From a virus (Duplodnaviria; Caudoviricetes), in IMG/VR virus record IMGVR_UViG_3300037247_000358, positions 1 to 50,476 of that record: a stretch of 50,476 nucleotides of DNA. One strand, 5' to 3'. Position 1 is the stretch's first letter. Each line of letters starts with the position of its first letter. The notes beneath the pieces are model-generated. The model did no database searches and had not been told where the DNA came from. It saw nothing but the letters and a program-made list of their open reading frames with translations. The position numbers were made by a program, and so were the translations under genes. Of this stretch, positions 8,548 to 18,837 are shown piece by piece.

Positions 8548-8752
8548 CTGCCTCCACTACTGCCCTATCAATGGCCAGTGCGGTGGCACTTCGACAAAGT
8601 TGCCGAGATGCCACCGCCTCGACCATCAACCGAAGGTGCACAGCACAGTAGCCCGCCTCTACAACCGGAAACACGCAGGCTCTAGTGTAAACACACCCTG
8701 GGCTAGTAGCCTCCGCCTCCATGCGGATTGGATGTGCCCGAAGGTTTTGCAC
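8540..8752 (-). CDS. Small Cys/His protein, start uncertain; last gene of the late arm
   Basis: C-x5-C-x8-CAVH motif; converges on the + arm. Confidence 0.45.
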   Translation of the reverse strand: MQNLRAHPIRMEAEATSPGCVYTRACVFPVVEAGYCAVHLRLMVEAVASRQLCRSATALAIDRAVVEAAT

Positions 8753-8906
8753 CTTTGGCTCCTTTGAAACCGCTCTCCTTTTCCCCGGCAGATGCCTTAC
8801 TTCCCCCGCCCTTAACGGGGGAGGAAGGGGCGTTCTCGCTTGGGGAAATTTCCAACTTGTCGCAGATTGCCTTAACTTCCTGATGACTACTTCCGGTGTT
8901 TGCCAC
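8703..8906 (-). CDS. Small Gly/Ser/Lys-rich protein
   Basis: AAGGAG RBS upstream of GTG. Confidence 0.6.
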   Translation of the reverse strand: MANTGSSHQEVKAICDKLEISPSENAPSSPVKGGGSKASAGEKESGFKGAKGAKPSGTSNPHGGGGY

Positions 8907-8922
8907 AGCTTTTTCTCCTTTC

Positions 8923-8939
8923 TGTTTAGAGTATAAACA
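8923..8939. promoter_or_regulatory. TGTTTA-N5-TAAACA palindrome, site 1 (parS-like)
   Basis: TGTTTAGAGTATAAACA; identical to site 4. Confidence 0.75.
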
Positions 8940-8945
8940 CTTAGG

Positions 8946-10826
8946 TCATTGACTCATCTTCCTCAACTGTCGTTGTAACATCTTGGTGTAGGTGCCCTTT
9001 TGCAAAAGATTACGCCTTCTGCGCCGTAGGCTCCGCGGGAATAACTCACGCGCTGCCAACGAGCCAGCAACAGGAACTCTACGAGTTAGCTCCCTCCCTA
9101 TGGTTTCCAAGCCGTCCTTTGAAGATAAGAGGTCGTGGGCAAGAATGAAAACATCTGAGCCAAAGACGGGGCCGAGGACAAAACTAGCCATTGGTCGAAG
9201 GCTTGGGGAAAATAGAGCATACTGCAAATCCTCAATTAGGCCGAGACTACCAACCTGTGCGAAGTTGTCAATCATACGGTCGAGCCAGAATTTCATTTGC
9301 GGCCGTTCTTTGAGGCCCTGAGGGCCACGGCGTATCAGGGTCTTGAGGTCTGCCGCAACCTCACCAACCAACGGGAACGTAAAAGCCATATAGGCCAGCG
9401 GCCTAAGTTCCCCTTCCAGGGCTGGTTTTAGTGCAAAGTCTTTGATAAACCTAGTCTGGTTGTAAGCAAATTGCTTATACATTGTCAGAACACGGAATAT
9501 CGGTTCCTTCTTCCAATAAATTGGAAGCTCCGCCACCGTGCTCCGAAACTGGGTTAGGTCGCTGACTCGTTTGCCAGCACGAAGCAGGTCACTTTCAGTT
9601 AATGCCCCACGCTTTAGCCCAGCTTCAATATCTACACCGAGGAGCCTGAGACTTCTCCTTGCAGCGCCATCCACAGGGTTCCTCAGCAGCTTAACCATCT
9701 GCTCCTCGGCGTAATGCTTCCCGACGTTAGCAGAGAAGATTCTATTGAACTTCTCAATCGGGGCAAAGCCTGTGTACCGCAACACCTTACTACCAATGCC
9801 TTCGGCCTCTACTTTAGCAAGTCTGCGAAATTCGACCAAGGATTGGTGATACACACCACCAGTACGGAGACCAAACTCCAGTGCAGAACCATAATCCGCG
9901 ATTGAATCCCGTAGTGCCTTTGCAAAGGGGCTGATACCGGCCAACACCAATGTATTCATTGGTTGTGTAGCATTAGAAATGACAGCAACACTGAGTTTTG
10001 AAAATGCTTCGAGATTCTGTACGAACACCTCCCACCCTGGCTTGCCATGGGATACTATCTGGCTGCCAGGGCCGATGCTGCGGCCGAGGAATAGCTCAGT
10101 GTAGAGACGAGCAAACATACTGTCACCACCCTGTTCTTCAACTAGGTCTAACAAGGCGTGGATGTTCTGGTCCTTAGGACCAAAGGCTCTGGCCTCCTCG
10201 ATTCTTCGGATGGTAGACACTTGATGCTCTATATCAACAGCCATATCCTGTCGCCAGCCCGGTAAATCAACTCTACGGGGGCTCTCAAGGGTATGGACTT
10301 TACGGCCAGAAACCCTAATCATGTTCAACAGGCCACGGGCCTCCGAAACCGTACTAGCCTGTCCAGTGGACATTAGGTGTTTTATTGCGTTCTGCTCTCC
10401 GTGGCCCCTCAAGAAGTCAGGACGCCACATCCTTGGAAAGTGGAAAGGCACGCGGGGGCCAACCTTGACACCTACAGCAGATGCCTCAGTGTAGAGAAGG
10501 TCATCAATGACAGTGTTAACCGAGGCAAAGTTCCTGACGGTCTGGTCCTGTGCAGCGATGCCAAAGGCTCTTTGACCAATGTACTGTTCTGTCAGTTCCA
10601 CTGAAGGGTTCAGAGAAGCAAAGCCACCACGATAGTCAGCCATACGCTTCGCAGCACGAGTCTCGTAGGTGTTCCTAGTACCTTGCAAGATAGAATCTAG
10701 CATATTGGCCGCAGGCCCATTTCTCCGAACAGCCTTGCTACCGCTTTCGATGGCATACTTTCCAACGGCAGTTGTAAAAAAGGCGTTTTTAGCCTTTAGG
10801 GCCAGGTTTAGAGCTATGCTGCCCAC
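8946..10826 (-). CDS. Probable internal virion/DNA ejection protein (626 aa)
   Basis: Large helical protein at distal end of the late operon; positional inference. Confidence 0.55.
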   Translation of the reverse strand: MGSIALNLALKAKNAFFTTAVGKYAIESGSKAVRRNGPAANMLDSILQGTRNTYETRAAKRMADYRGGFASLNPSVELTEQYIGQRAFGIAAQDQTVRNFASVNTVIDDLLYTEASAVGVKVGPRVPFHFPRMWRPDFLRGHGEQNAIKHLMSTGQASTVSEARGLLNMIRVSGRKVHTLESPRRVDLPGWRQDMAVDIEHQVSTIRRIEEARAFGPKDQNIHALLDLVEEQGGDSMFARLYTELFLGRSIGPGSQIVSHGKPGWEVFVQNLEAFSKLSVAVISNATQPMNTLVLAGISPFAKALRDSIADYGSALEFGLRTGGVYHQSLVEFRRLAKVEAEGIGSKVLRYTGFAPIEKFNRIFSANVGKHYAEEQMVKLLRNPVDGAARRSLRLLGVDIEAGLKRGALTESDLLRAGKRVSDLTQFRSTVAELPIYWKKEPIFRVLTMYKQFAYNQTRFIKDFALKPALEGELRPLAYMAFTFPLVGEVAADLKTLIRRGPQGLKERPQMKFWLDRMIDNFAQVGSLGLIEDLQYALFSPSLRPMASFVLGPVFGSDVFILAHDLLSSKDGLETIGRELTRRVPVAGSLAARELFPRSLRRRRRNLLQKGTYTKMLQRQLRKMSQ

Positions 10827-12643
10827 TATAGTTTCCCCATCTGCTCCAACAACTCATCCACAGAAGTTCCTGACTGGAGCTTCATAACCACAAGGTCATC
10901 TATTTCCACGCCAGCGGCCCTAAGTTGTTGCAGCTTTGCTTCAACCTCAACACCGAACTGCCCGCCAGGAAGGCGTTGCTCTAACGCCTTCGCTCTGGCT
11001 CTGAGCCGCTCCATCTTCTCCCTACCAACGGCCTTTTGGGAACCTTTGACGAAGGTTTGAGATTCGATTTGTTCGAGCTTGCCTAGGTAGGCTTTGCTCA
11101 GCTTTGTCTGGTACTTCCGTTTAGCCGCCGCGTCTGTGATTTTGTTAACCGTTCTCAGGATTGAATTTACGCCGTCCCGTAACAGGGTGTTATACTTATC
11201 CCTGATTTGGTCAGCAGCCATGGAGATAAAATCTTCCTGGGTCGGTTTGATGGCCGAGACTGCCTGAATACGCTCGTCAAGGGTAAGAACAACGTTGTTG
11301 GCTTCTTTTAAGGCTTGACCTACTTCAGTGGCCTGGGTGACCTGTTTAGTAACTGGTACAGATGCCTTGGTCGGAGGAAACTGCTTGACAGGGGCACCAC
11401 GAGCAGCACGGAGAGCAGCGTCATTTATATCAGGGGCAAGCGCAGTTGGAGCCGCAGGTGGTGCAGCCGCAGGCTTGGGCACTGGTATCCCAGGCTTTGG
11501 TGTCACCGTCACAGATGGGTTGCTGGCCACACTGATAATGCTTTCACCAGTGTTTAGCCTGAGTTTTTCCAACTCCGTTGGAGCTCTGCCAGTGTAAGAC
11601 CTAAAGGCTTTTTGACGGTTGGCTACTGCTTTGGCACTTGCTACGCCAGTTTTAAGTGCTTCAATATCCGCCTTCCCTGCCTCAACGGCCTTAGCAAACT
11701 CCTTCCGCTCCCGCGGAGACATAGCTGTTTTAGCCTTCGTGGCTGCTCGGTACTCACCCATAATACTAGGGCCGAATTTACCTGCTTCTTGCTCTGTAAG
11801 TTCAGCAAAGGGTTTGCCAACCCTCTTCACAGAAATTTCATCCAGTATCACGGACTTAGTTTTCTGCCCTGCCAAAGCCTGACTCAACTCCGTAGCTGTA
11901 GCAGGGGCCTGTGCTACGGGTGGTTTGCCACGAAGCTGGCGTGCCTTGCTTCGGACACCAGCAATTGCTCTGGGGACAAACGGCAAAACGGCGCTGAGGC
12001 CACCACCTATTAAGGCACCAGTCGCTATGTCTTTTGGTTCCCCAGTGTAAGCGCCAAAGGCAGCGCCAGCCTCCGTCGCGCCAGCAGCAACAGCGCCAAG
12101 TCTCCCGGCCGCAGCTACAGGTGCTAAAGCAGCCCCAGCGCCAGCAGCAACAACAGTTGACGGCGCGAGTCTGCCAGCAAATTCAGCCGTCTTACCTCCA
12201 ATAGTCTCTCTTGTGCCATACTCTTCCAGAAGCTCCTGAATGGGAGCTATGTGCTCCCGCCAAGCCCTTCTGGCCTCTTCTGGAGAGGATGGACGAATAC
12301 CAAGATTAGCAAGAAGTGCCCCAACTTCCCCCATGCCTTTACCAGCACCATACGCGCCAGCGGCCAGTGTGCGGGCAATTGGGCCGCCAATGGCTGCAAG
12401 CCCCTTTTCAACCGGCCTACGTTTACCAAAATCCTTTGGCAATTGTGCCCCGCCCTCACGCATAAAAGACCGCTTGAAGGAGGTCTTGGCTATTTCCTCT
12501 TCATTGAACGTGAGTTTCTGATTCCGCAAACGTGGCTTAACGTGCTTAACAAACAAGTAATTAAGCAATAGCTCACGCTTGGCAGGACCAAGCGCCTCTA
12601 TCCTGTCACGGTGCTTCCGTGCAAATTCCAGTTCACCTGGCAT
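10826..12643 (-). CDS. Probable internal virion/ejection protein (605 aa)
   Basis: Ala/Gly-rich hydrophobic segment (AAGAGAALAPVAAAG...GALIGGGLSAVL) and P/A linker; position. Confidence 0.55.
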   Translation of the reverse strand: MPGELEFARKHRDRIEALGPAKRELLLNYLFVKHVKPRLRNQKLTFNEEEIAKTSFKRSFMREGGAQLPKDFGKRRPVEKGLAAIGGPIARTLAAGAYGAGKGMGEVGALLANLGIRPSSPEEARRAWREHIAPIQELLEEYGTRETIGGKTAEFAGRLAPSTVVAAGAGAALAPVAAAGRLGAVAAGATEAGAAFGAYTGEPKDIATGALIGGGLSAVLPFVPRAIAGVRSKARQLRGKPPVAQAPATATELSQALAGQKTKSVILDEISVKRVGKPFAELTEQEAGKFGPSIMGEYRAATKAKTAMSPRERKEFAKAVEAGKADIEALKTGVASAKAVANRQKAFRSYTGRAPTELEKLRLNTGESIISVASNPSVTVTPKPGIPVPKPAAAPPAAPTALAPDINDAALRAARGAPVKQFPPTKASVPVTKQVTQATEVGQALKEANNVVLTLDERIQAVSAIKPTQEDFISMAADQIRDKYNTLLRDGVNSILRTVNKITDAAAKRKYQTKLSKAYLGKLEQIESQTFVKGSQKAVGREKMERLRARAKALEQRLPGGQFGVEVEAKLQQLRAAGVEIDDLVVMKLQSGTSVDELLEQMGKL

Positions 12644-12647
12644 GTTA

Positions 12648-13928
12648 TTACTGCTCGAAACCTATCTCCTGCAAAGCAGAGCTTCCCATCAATGTCAGCA
12701 TATCTTGTATTTCCTGGTTTGCCCGTTGGGCATTCTGCATTTCTAATAGGGCAGCCTTAGCTTCATCAGAATCCCCCTCACCAAGTTTTACATACTCTCG
12801 ATACACCTGGCTGTAATAATTGAGCCGGTTGCTGTGAAACTTAGCCATGCTGGCAAACATTAAACCAGCTTTGCCCTGTGCCATGTGACCCTGGATTTCC
12901 GCGGCTGCAATGCCTCGTGCCTTAATGAACGCTAGTCCGTTTTGACGCCTCTTCTCCAATTGGTCCATCGCTAACTTGCCCTGTTGAACCAACAAAGCGT
13001 TCTTAGCCTGTATTTGGGTATCCAGCATTACAGACTCATGTTGGCGGGATGCCTGTCCCATAGATGTAGCATGTTCCTGTGCTTCTAGTTGTCCAGCAGA
13101 AGGTTTCAACCCACCAGTAATTCTAGCAACATCCTGAGCCTCAGCACCAGACAACAAGGCTCCGCCCGCAGCACCACCCATCTGAGCAGCCGCTTCAGGA
13201 CTGCGACCAGCAACGGTTTGCATCCCCTTCAGAAGCGTGTTCCTCAGCATCGAAGCCGCATCCGGTGATGGTAACAGTTTACCACCCACGGTACGACCGG
13301 CTCCAGGTTGGCCACCACCCTGGCCACCGCCCTGCTGGCCACCCTGACCGCTTTTAACAATTGCATCATGGAAACCTGACACCTCAGGTGATGGCTCCTT
13401 CTTAGGAGCATCCGGAAGTGTAAACTGAACAAACTTCTCAGCCTCCTTCATAAACTTTTCATCTGTGACGTATGCCCGAATGGTCTCCTTGTCGCCGTTT
13501 TGAATGGCAAGAAGAAGCTGAGCTACTTTGTTGGACATTAGTGCTTTCTTCTGGGCAACCCGTGATGCCTTCCATCTACCCACCACCTCGCTAAGGTTCT
13601 TCATTGCACCAGCAACAACGGCCCCAGTTCTGGCCTGTTTCGTCGGAAATGAAAACCCCGTTTGAAAAGCAGGATGCTGAGGCCGCGGGCCTGCACCTGG
13701 TGCCTGAACCTGCTGAGGCATGGTTGCTCCTGCTACAGGAAACGGCGTAGCCAATCGCTGCGGTGCTCCACCGACCTGACCTGGAATCATTTGGACACCA
13801 CCACCGCCAGGGCTGACAGCGGAGAGAAATTCACCTACACCCCCGACAGCCTTGAAGATGTTTTCAGCCTTGCTGGGCTTCTTATCGGGTGACTTCTTTT
13901 TCTTTTCTTCTTCGCCGTTGTGTGGCAT
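12648..13928 (-). CDS. Probable internal virion/ejection protein (426 aa)
   Basis: G/Q/A-rich; position. Confidence 0.5.
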   Translation of the reverse strand: MPHNGEEEKKKKSPDKKPSKAENIFKAVGGVGEFLSAVSPGGGGVQMIPGQVGGAPQRLATPFPVAGATMPQQVQAPGAGPRPQHPAFQTGFSFPTKQARTGAVVAGAMKNLSEVVGRWKASRVAQKKALMSNKVAQLLLAIQNGDKETIRAYVTDEKFMKEAEKFVQFTLPDAPKKEPSPEVSGFHDAIVKSGQGGQQGGGQGGGQPGAGRTVGGKLLPSPDAASMLRNTLLKGMQTVAGRSPEAAAQMGGAAGGALLSGAEAQDVARITGGLKPSAGQLEAQEHATSMGQASRQHESVMLDTQIQAKNALLVQQGKLAMDQLEKRRQNGLAFIKARGIAAAEIQGHMAQGKAGLMFASMAKFHSNRLNYYSQVYREYVKLGEGDSDEAKAALLEMQNAQRANQEIQDMLTLMGSSALQEIGFEQ

Positions 13929-13948
13929 AATTACATCCTCACTAACTA

Positions 13949-14950
13949 CTAATCACCACCGCCAAAAATCCCGGCAAGTGTTTCAGTAAGTTCAGCCCCG
14001 CCACTTAGCAACGCCCCAACACCACCAAGGCCAAACTCCTTACTGACAATCCCCGGTGTCGTGGTAGCCGCCCCAAAACCTAAATTCAACAACGGACTGT
14101 ACTCTGGACGAGTCCTGATAAATTCGTTCATCAGTCGGTTGATGGACTCCTGGTCAAGACCTTGCAGATATTCACCAAACTCACCGCCCATACCTGTAAG
14201 AAATTGTCCAGCGCCAAGCTGACGGCCACGGGCGGACTCCATCGCGCCAGTTTCCATCATGGCAAGCAAAGCATTCTGGTCAAGAGCCGTCTGGGACTGA
14301 AAGTCCGTCATTGCTGTCCCGAATGGGCTCCCAGCCAGGTTGCCTGTGAATGCAAACTCCTCACGGAGCCCAGCCTCACGTTGGCCGATATTCCGCTCCT
14401 GCGCCGCAATCATGGCTTGCCATGCGGGCAGTTGAGAAATGGGAAGCCCCGTTTCAGAGAACTGTTGCATAATATCGAGACCTGGCTGGCCTCCACCGCC
14501 CTGACCCTGGAAGAATTGCATAAGTTGTTGGGCGACAGGATTCAAGGGAGCAGAGACCTGGCCAGGGCCAGTGGCACCACCACTGGGTAGCTGTGCTTGC
14601 AGATTGAACGGAGTTGCCCCCTGGCCTGTTTGGGTGCGAAGCCAGTTGATGAAGTCACCAGCAAACCCCGGGAACGTTTGCGGAATCTGTGAAAAACCAC
14701 GACCAAGGTCCCGAAGGCCAGTCGGCAGTGTCCCACCAGCTCTTTCACCTGAGGGCGCTTGTGGCACCATACCTGGCTGACTTGCAGGCTGATTTACAGG
14801 AGGCAAATTATTCTGCGGCAGGCCCGGCAGTGCAGGAAAATACTGATTAGATGCACCGCCTCCACCCCCACCTCCACCTCCAGCGCCTCCGCCTCCACCA
14901 GGCCCAAAGTTTGGAAACATGCCCTTAAACATATCACCTTGCTGCGGCAT
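13949..14950 (-). CDS. Probable DNA pilot/ejection protein (333 aa)
   Basis: G/Q-rich with amphipathic Gly-rich C-terminus; first gene after the adaptor. Confidence 0.55.
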   Translation of the reverse strand: MPQQGDMFKGMFPNFGPGGGGGAGGGGGGGGGASNQYFPALPGLPQNNLPPVNQPASQPGMVPQAPSGERAGGTLPTGLRDLGRGFSQIPQTFPGFAGDFINWLRTQTGQGATPFNLQAQLPSGGATGPGQVSAPLNPVAQQLMQFFQGQGGGGQPGLDIMQQFSETGLPISQLPAWQAMIAAQERNIGQREAGLREEFAFTGNLAGSPFGTAMTDFQSQTALDQNALLAMMETGAMESARGRQLGAGQFLTGMGGEFGEYLQGLDQESINRLMNEFIRTRPEYSPLLNLGFGAATTTPGIVSKEFGLGGVGALLSGGAELTETLAGIFGGGD

Positions 14951-14958
14951 CGTACCTC

Positions 14959-15708
14959 CTAACCAGGCAAATCCATGTAACGGCGTACAATGGGACGAAG
15001 TGCCTTCTCTTGCCGCCAGTCCTCACGCTCACGCCGCTTCTTACGCCCAGCAATCAGGCCAGGCCTCTCAGGGTATTTTGGGTCGCCGTGAAGCATAGCA
15101 TGGATAGCAGCAGCCTTTTCATACTCAAGCAACTCTGCAAAGCCACGCTCCGCGGCAGACCAACAAAGAATTTCATTCCAGTCCCTTGGTAGTAGAATTT
15201 GTGTAATCTCAAGGGCAGAATCATTTATGGGATGTTGGCGCAGTAGCCTGGCCTGTACCTGATAAGTTTTGTCAGGGACAGGAATAAAGCCAACCGTGTT
15301 ACCGAATCGGTACCAAGAGTTTGGGGTTGCGTTGAGTATCTGGAACTTGTCGGCCTCCTGATAACTGGTGTTCCGCAACTTACGGCGTAATAGATTAGTT
15401 GGGGGGTCAATCCACAACATAATATCCAGGGTCGCAAGGTTGAAATCCCCAACTGGAACCAATTGAACCGGAAAGGCGTATTCCTGGGCACCAATAGTTA
15501 AATTAAAAGTTGGACCCAAAACCTCCAACTCATCAAAATCGTCCCTAAATTCAGTGTTACCAGAAACTTCGAGGATTGCATCCCGCAGCCAAATCCTTGC
15601 CCGTGCAACATCACTGGTCCGGTTCTCAACCTTAATGATTACATCATCTGCAAGACTGCCGATAGTGGCAGGGTTCGCTACGGTTGTTGGACTACCGACT
15701 ATTACCAT
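14959..15708 (-). CDS. Head-tail adaptor (tail tubular protein A-like)
   Basis: N-terminal helices, G..EY..P, P..WY, F.PVPDK.Y, LP.DW.EIL...A pattern of podovirus adaptors. Confidence 0.7.
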   Translation of the reverse strand: MVIVGSPTTVANPATIGSLADDVIIKVENRTSDVARARIWLRDAILEVSGNTEFRDDFDELEVLGPTFNLTIGAQEYAFPVQLVPVGDFNLATLDIMLWIDPPTNLLRRKLRNTSYQEADKFQILNATPNSWYRFGNTVGFIPVPDKTYQVQARLLRQHPINDSALEITQILLPRDWNEILCWSAAERGFAELLEYEKAAAIHAMLHGDPKYPERPGLIAGRKKRREREDWRQEKALRPIVRRYMDLPG

Positions 15709-15800
15709 GTACTTTTACCTCCCCATTTGCTTCCGTTGCCATCAAGGCGCTCATAGGCTAAGGCACGTACCTGGGCGCGGGTGAGTTGTGTATAGGCCAC
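15702..15800 (-). CDS. 32-aa ORF MAYTQLTRAQVRALAYERLDGNGSKWGGKSTW, possible truncated adaptor N-terminus
   Basis: AGGAG RBS + GTG; translated by hand; fills the tailspike-adaptor gap. Confidence 0.45.
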   Translation of the reverse strand: MAYTQLTRAQVRALAYERLDGNGSKWGGKSTW

Positions 15801-15805
15801 GGCTC

Positions 15806-18433
15806 CTAGTTCGCCTCAGTCGTGGTGTTGGCTAGGGGTTGGGACACCAAAATGTAAATCCTCGCCTGCCCTGCGCTGGTATCGGCGTGGTCGCCGCCTG
15901 TGAGGTCGCACTGAATCTCTATATCCCCACTTGCTACGAGCATGAAGGGGGCAAATTTGTCCGTAGTATCAAACAGCAACGCACCCTTACCTCCGCTTGC
16001 TGTCGCATCGTGTAACTCGTACACCGTAGCGGCGGAGAAGAAATTGTCGTCCAGCGTGAGGTCGTTGGCTGAGCCTGCTGCTGTCCCGACCGAGCAGACA
16101 GCGGCTGACACTGGCCCTGTTCCTGCCCAAGCAACCACGACCGTTCCCACAACGTCGTGAATCATGGTGTTGGCTGGTAGCGTCCATAGGACGAAGTCGT
16201 CCGCCGTTGCCGCAGCAACTAAGTCGGTGTGGTCAACCTGTTTGAAAATCCAGCGGGGTTGATTTGATAAGGAACCTTCTAACGGATTGCCGACTGCTAC
16301 TACAAAAGCATCGTCTGTCTTGAGTGTGTCAGCGGCGCTACGGTAGAGGTTGGTGTCAACAGCAGAGTCTCCCGGCCCCCAACTTTGTTTCCCTCCTGCC
16401 GTGATTTGCCATCTGTTAGAGGTATCTCCTGTAACTACTGAATGAAAACCAACGTCAGTAGTCGCACTTGCCCGCTTTTGGAGACTTGTATTGGGGGAGT
16501 TAGGCAAGCGAAGAATAGCTCCGCTTCCAACCCAATCCAACGCCGCTTCTTGGTTGGGGCCAAACTCAATTCCAGATTTGTCGCGGCGGATTCGGAGACG
16601 AAGGTTGGAGCCCGTGTCGTCATAGAAATCAGAATGGGCAGTGGAGGATGGCGCTCGATACTCCGTCGCAGAAAAAGGCCCACGCCGAAGAGTGCCAAGA
16701 GATTGGAGCGCAGGGGAACCATCCTGCCGGTGGCCTTCCCAGTAGTTGTCTGAACCACTGTCGGTTATCTCGGTAGAGAAAGCCCCAATCACGCCAATGT
16801 TGAGAAACCTATTGTGGGTAGAGTTCGCGTCGGCGGTTATGAGTTTGACGGCGGAGGCACTGAACGCCGGAGTGCCAACACGAGAGAGCCTGTCTTGAAA
16901 TGTCCCGTCGGTCGTGTTGACTAATTCAAGGCCGTTTCCGACTCCCGAACCAGCGTCGTTGGGTGTGCCCAAACTAAAACCTCTAAAAACTGGGTATTCG
17001 CAGTTCGTGCACTTGACTTGGGGTTTTTCTCCTCTACCTTCCGTTTGCCAATTCGTGAAGGAAAAGTCAATGGAGTTTATAAATTCATAACAAATAGCGT
17101 TGCGGTTGCCGTCGCAGAAAGATACATCAAACTCACTGCCAACAAGACGACCCTGAAAGAGTTGGGAAAATCCACCACGCCGGATACTAGAGTAAATATT
17201 GGTCAGGGAAGACGAATGGAATCCAGAAGCATCGAACGTGCTGAAGTCTGCTGTATCGGTCTTGAGGCAGATAGTATCGAAGTTCCATGCTCCACCGGCA
17301 CCAGGGTCGCAGTAGAGGCGATTCACCGTGGAGAATTTGATATTCCCTTCGAGGTAGATGAAAGTGTCGTGAAACTCGTTGTCACCCTCGACCAGTATGT
17401 CCTCAAGGTCAATCTGTAAGAGTTCAAACAGAATTTCGGCCTGAGTGGACTTGAGTGTGGGTTTGTAGTTAATTGCCATCGTTCCCGTAACGCTCGGGAG
17501 CTTGAAAGTGAGATTACTAATGGATTGATGCCATGCCCGTGTAGCAGATACTTCCCATTCTACTAATGCTCGATTGGTTGGGAAGGTAGGCCCACCTGTG
17601 ATACGAGCGCAACGAAGGCTTACACCTACCAAATGGACTATATTAGTTGGTGTCAACCCTGTGCGGGGCAGGATTAGGGGAGACGAAATTAAGTAGTTGC
17701 CACAAGGAAAGGACACCGGTGTTCCCTGAATACCAGCGGACCCTATAACCTTGGCCGCGTCAATCGCAGCCTGAATCGCTGCTGTGTCATCAGTTATTCC
17801 ATCCCCTAGCGCCCCAAAACTCTTTACTGAAATAGGGTTTGTTCCATTTGCAATGCAGTTAGTCATTCCAGAAAGACGCAAACGGATACAATCAAGGTCG
17901 GTGTTATACCAAACATCGCCTTCTACCAGCGTCATTGTTCCTTCTTGTGCTGTGGTACGTTCTGTCAGACGAAGTTGACCAACTCCAGAGACACCAACAG
18001 TTCCACAAAAAGTAATCAGCCTGGTTGTTGTGTCGTAGTAAAACTCCCCCACCGTACAACCAGATGGCACTGCTGTAGAACCAGTCAACAGGTAACTACT
18101 GGAGCTTGCCAAATGTACATCTTCGATGGTGGTATCAGCCAACCCAGGGACAGATATTAAAATGTCGTATACCCCTGGAATAGCGTAAAATGTATAATTC
18201 CCAAGGGAATCAACAGCAAATGGGTTAGACAACGACCCACCAACGGCCGTGGAGAAAATTCCACCTGGGGGTTTTGTGGTTGTATTAGGCAAAAACACAG
18301 TTATTGCAGCAGTCGTAATCGGCGTGCCAGTAGAACTAAGAACTACATCTCTGTGAGCCGTGAGACTTAGTTGAGCATCCGCTGTGGATGACAAGAGCAG
18401 CAAAGTGAGCAAAAACAGAAGCAGCTTCCTCAT
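15806..18433 (-). CDS. Tailspike/receptor-binding protein with pectate-lyase-like beta-helix and N-terminal signal peptide
   Basis: SVKSFGALGDGITDDTAAIQAAIDAA...FPCGNYLISSPL; anchor-like NPFAVDSLGNYTFYA..GVYDI; N-terminus MRKLLLFLLTLLLLSSTADA. Confidence 0.85.
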   Translation of the reverse strand: MRKLLLFLLTLLLLSSTADAQLSLTAHRDVVLSSTGTPITTAAITVFLPNTTTKPPGGIFSTAVGGSLSNPFAVDSLGNYTFYAIPGVYDILISVPGLADTTIEDVHLASSSSYLLTGSTAVPSGCTVGEFYYDTTTRLITFCGTVGVSGVGQLRLTERTTAQEGTMTLVEGDVWYNTDLDCIRLRLSGMTNCIANGTNPISVKSFGALGDGITDDTAAIQAAIDAAKVIGSAGIQGTPVSFPCGNYLISSPLILPRTGLTPTNIVHLVGVSLRCARITGGPTFPTNRALVEWEVSATRAWHQSISNLTFKLPSVTGTMAINYKPTLKSTQAEILFELLQIDLEDILVEGDNEFHDTFIYLEGNIKFSTVNRLYCDPGAGGAWNFDTICLKTDTADFSTFDASGFHSSSLTNIYSSIRRGGFSQLFQGRLVGSEFDVSFCDGNRNAICYEFINSIDFSFTNWQTEGRGEKPQVKCTNCEYPVFRGFSLGTPNDAGSGVGNGLELVNTTDGTFQDRLSRVGTPAFSASAVKLITADANSTHNRFLNIGVIGAFSTEITDSGSDNYWEGHRQDGSPALQSLGTLRRGPFSATEYRAPSSTAHSDFYDDTGSNLRLRIRRDKSGIEFGPNQEAALDWVGSGAILRLPNSPNTSLQKRASATTDVGFHSVVTGDTSNRWQITAGGKQSWGPGDSAVDTNLYRSAADTLKTDDAFVVAVGNPLEGSLSNQPRWIFKQVDHTDLVAAATADDFVLWTLPANTMIHDVVGTVVVAWAGTGPVSAAVCSVGTAAGSANDLTLDDNFFSAATVYELHDATASGGKGALLFDTTDKFAPFMLVASGDIEIQCDLTGGDHADTSAGQARIYILVSQPLANTTTEAN

Positions 18434-18447
18434 TCCATCCTCCGAAC

Positions 18448-18464
18448 TGTTTACACTATAAACA
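18448..18464. promoter_or_regulatory. TGTTTA-N5-TAAACA palindrome, site 2 (parS-like)
   Basis: AACTGTTTA-CACTA-TAAACAGTT, 9-bp arms spanning 18445..18467. Confidence 0.75.
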
Positions 18465-18837
18465 GTTTGATAGCTATGGTTCCAACAGTGGCTTTTAGTG
18501 TTATTTGACTAACTGTCGCAGCCACAGTCCCGTCGTAAACATCCACAGCAGCAGCCTTGACCATTACTAAATAACCTGCTGGTAATCTGCCAAGACCATG
18601 AGTCACTGTGAAATCGGTATTTGGTGTGCCAGGGGTTGTCACAGAAACCCAAGTGCCTTCAATGTTCTCGGAGTCAGTACCGTCACCGAATCCGATTCTG
18701 CCGTTCAAGGCCCTGGCAATCTCCTCATGTTGGCGTTTCAGGGTCAGTAGTAAGTCACGAAACCACGCCTCGTCGTAGCGGCTGGGGACTCTAACCTCCA
18801 ACGTAGGTGCAACTCTACCCACGCTTCTCACCCGCAA
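18451..18837 (-). CDS. Small tail protein
   Basis: VTHGLGRLP motif; lies between nozzle and tailspike. Confidence 0.55.
   Translation of the reverse strand: MRVRSVGRVAPTLEVRVPSRYDEAWFRDLLLTLKRQHEEIARALNGRIGFGDGTDSENIEGTWVSVTTPGTPNTDFTVTHGLGRLPAGYLVMVKAAAVDVYDGTVAATVSQITLKATVGTIAIKLFIV

Noticed and set aside
14850-14902. CCx triplet repeat tract
   Set aside because: Simply encodes a poly-Gly linker with mixed codons.
18445-18467. Palindromes as dif or att recombination sites
   Set aside because: No recombinase is encoded, the arms do not match XerC/XerD consensus, and the central spacers differ between copies.
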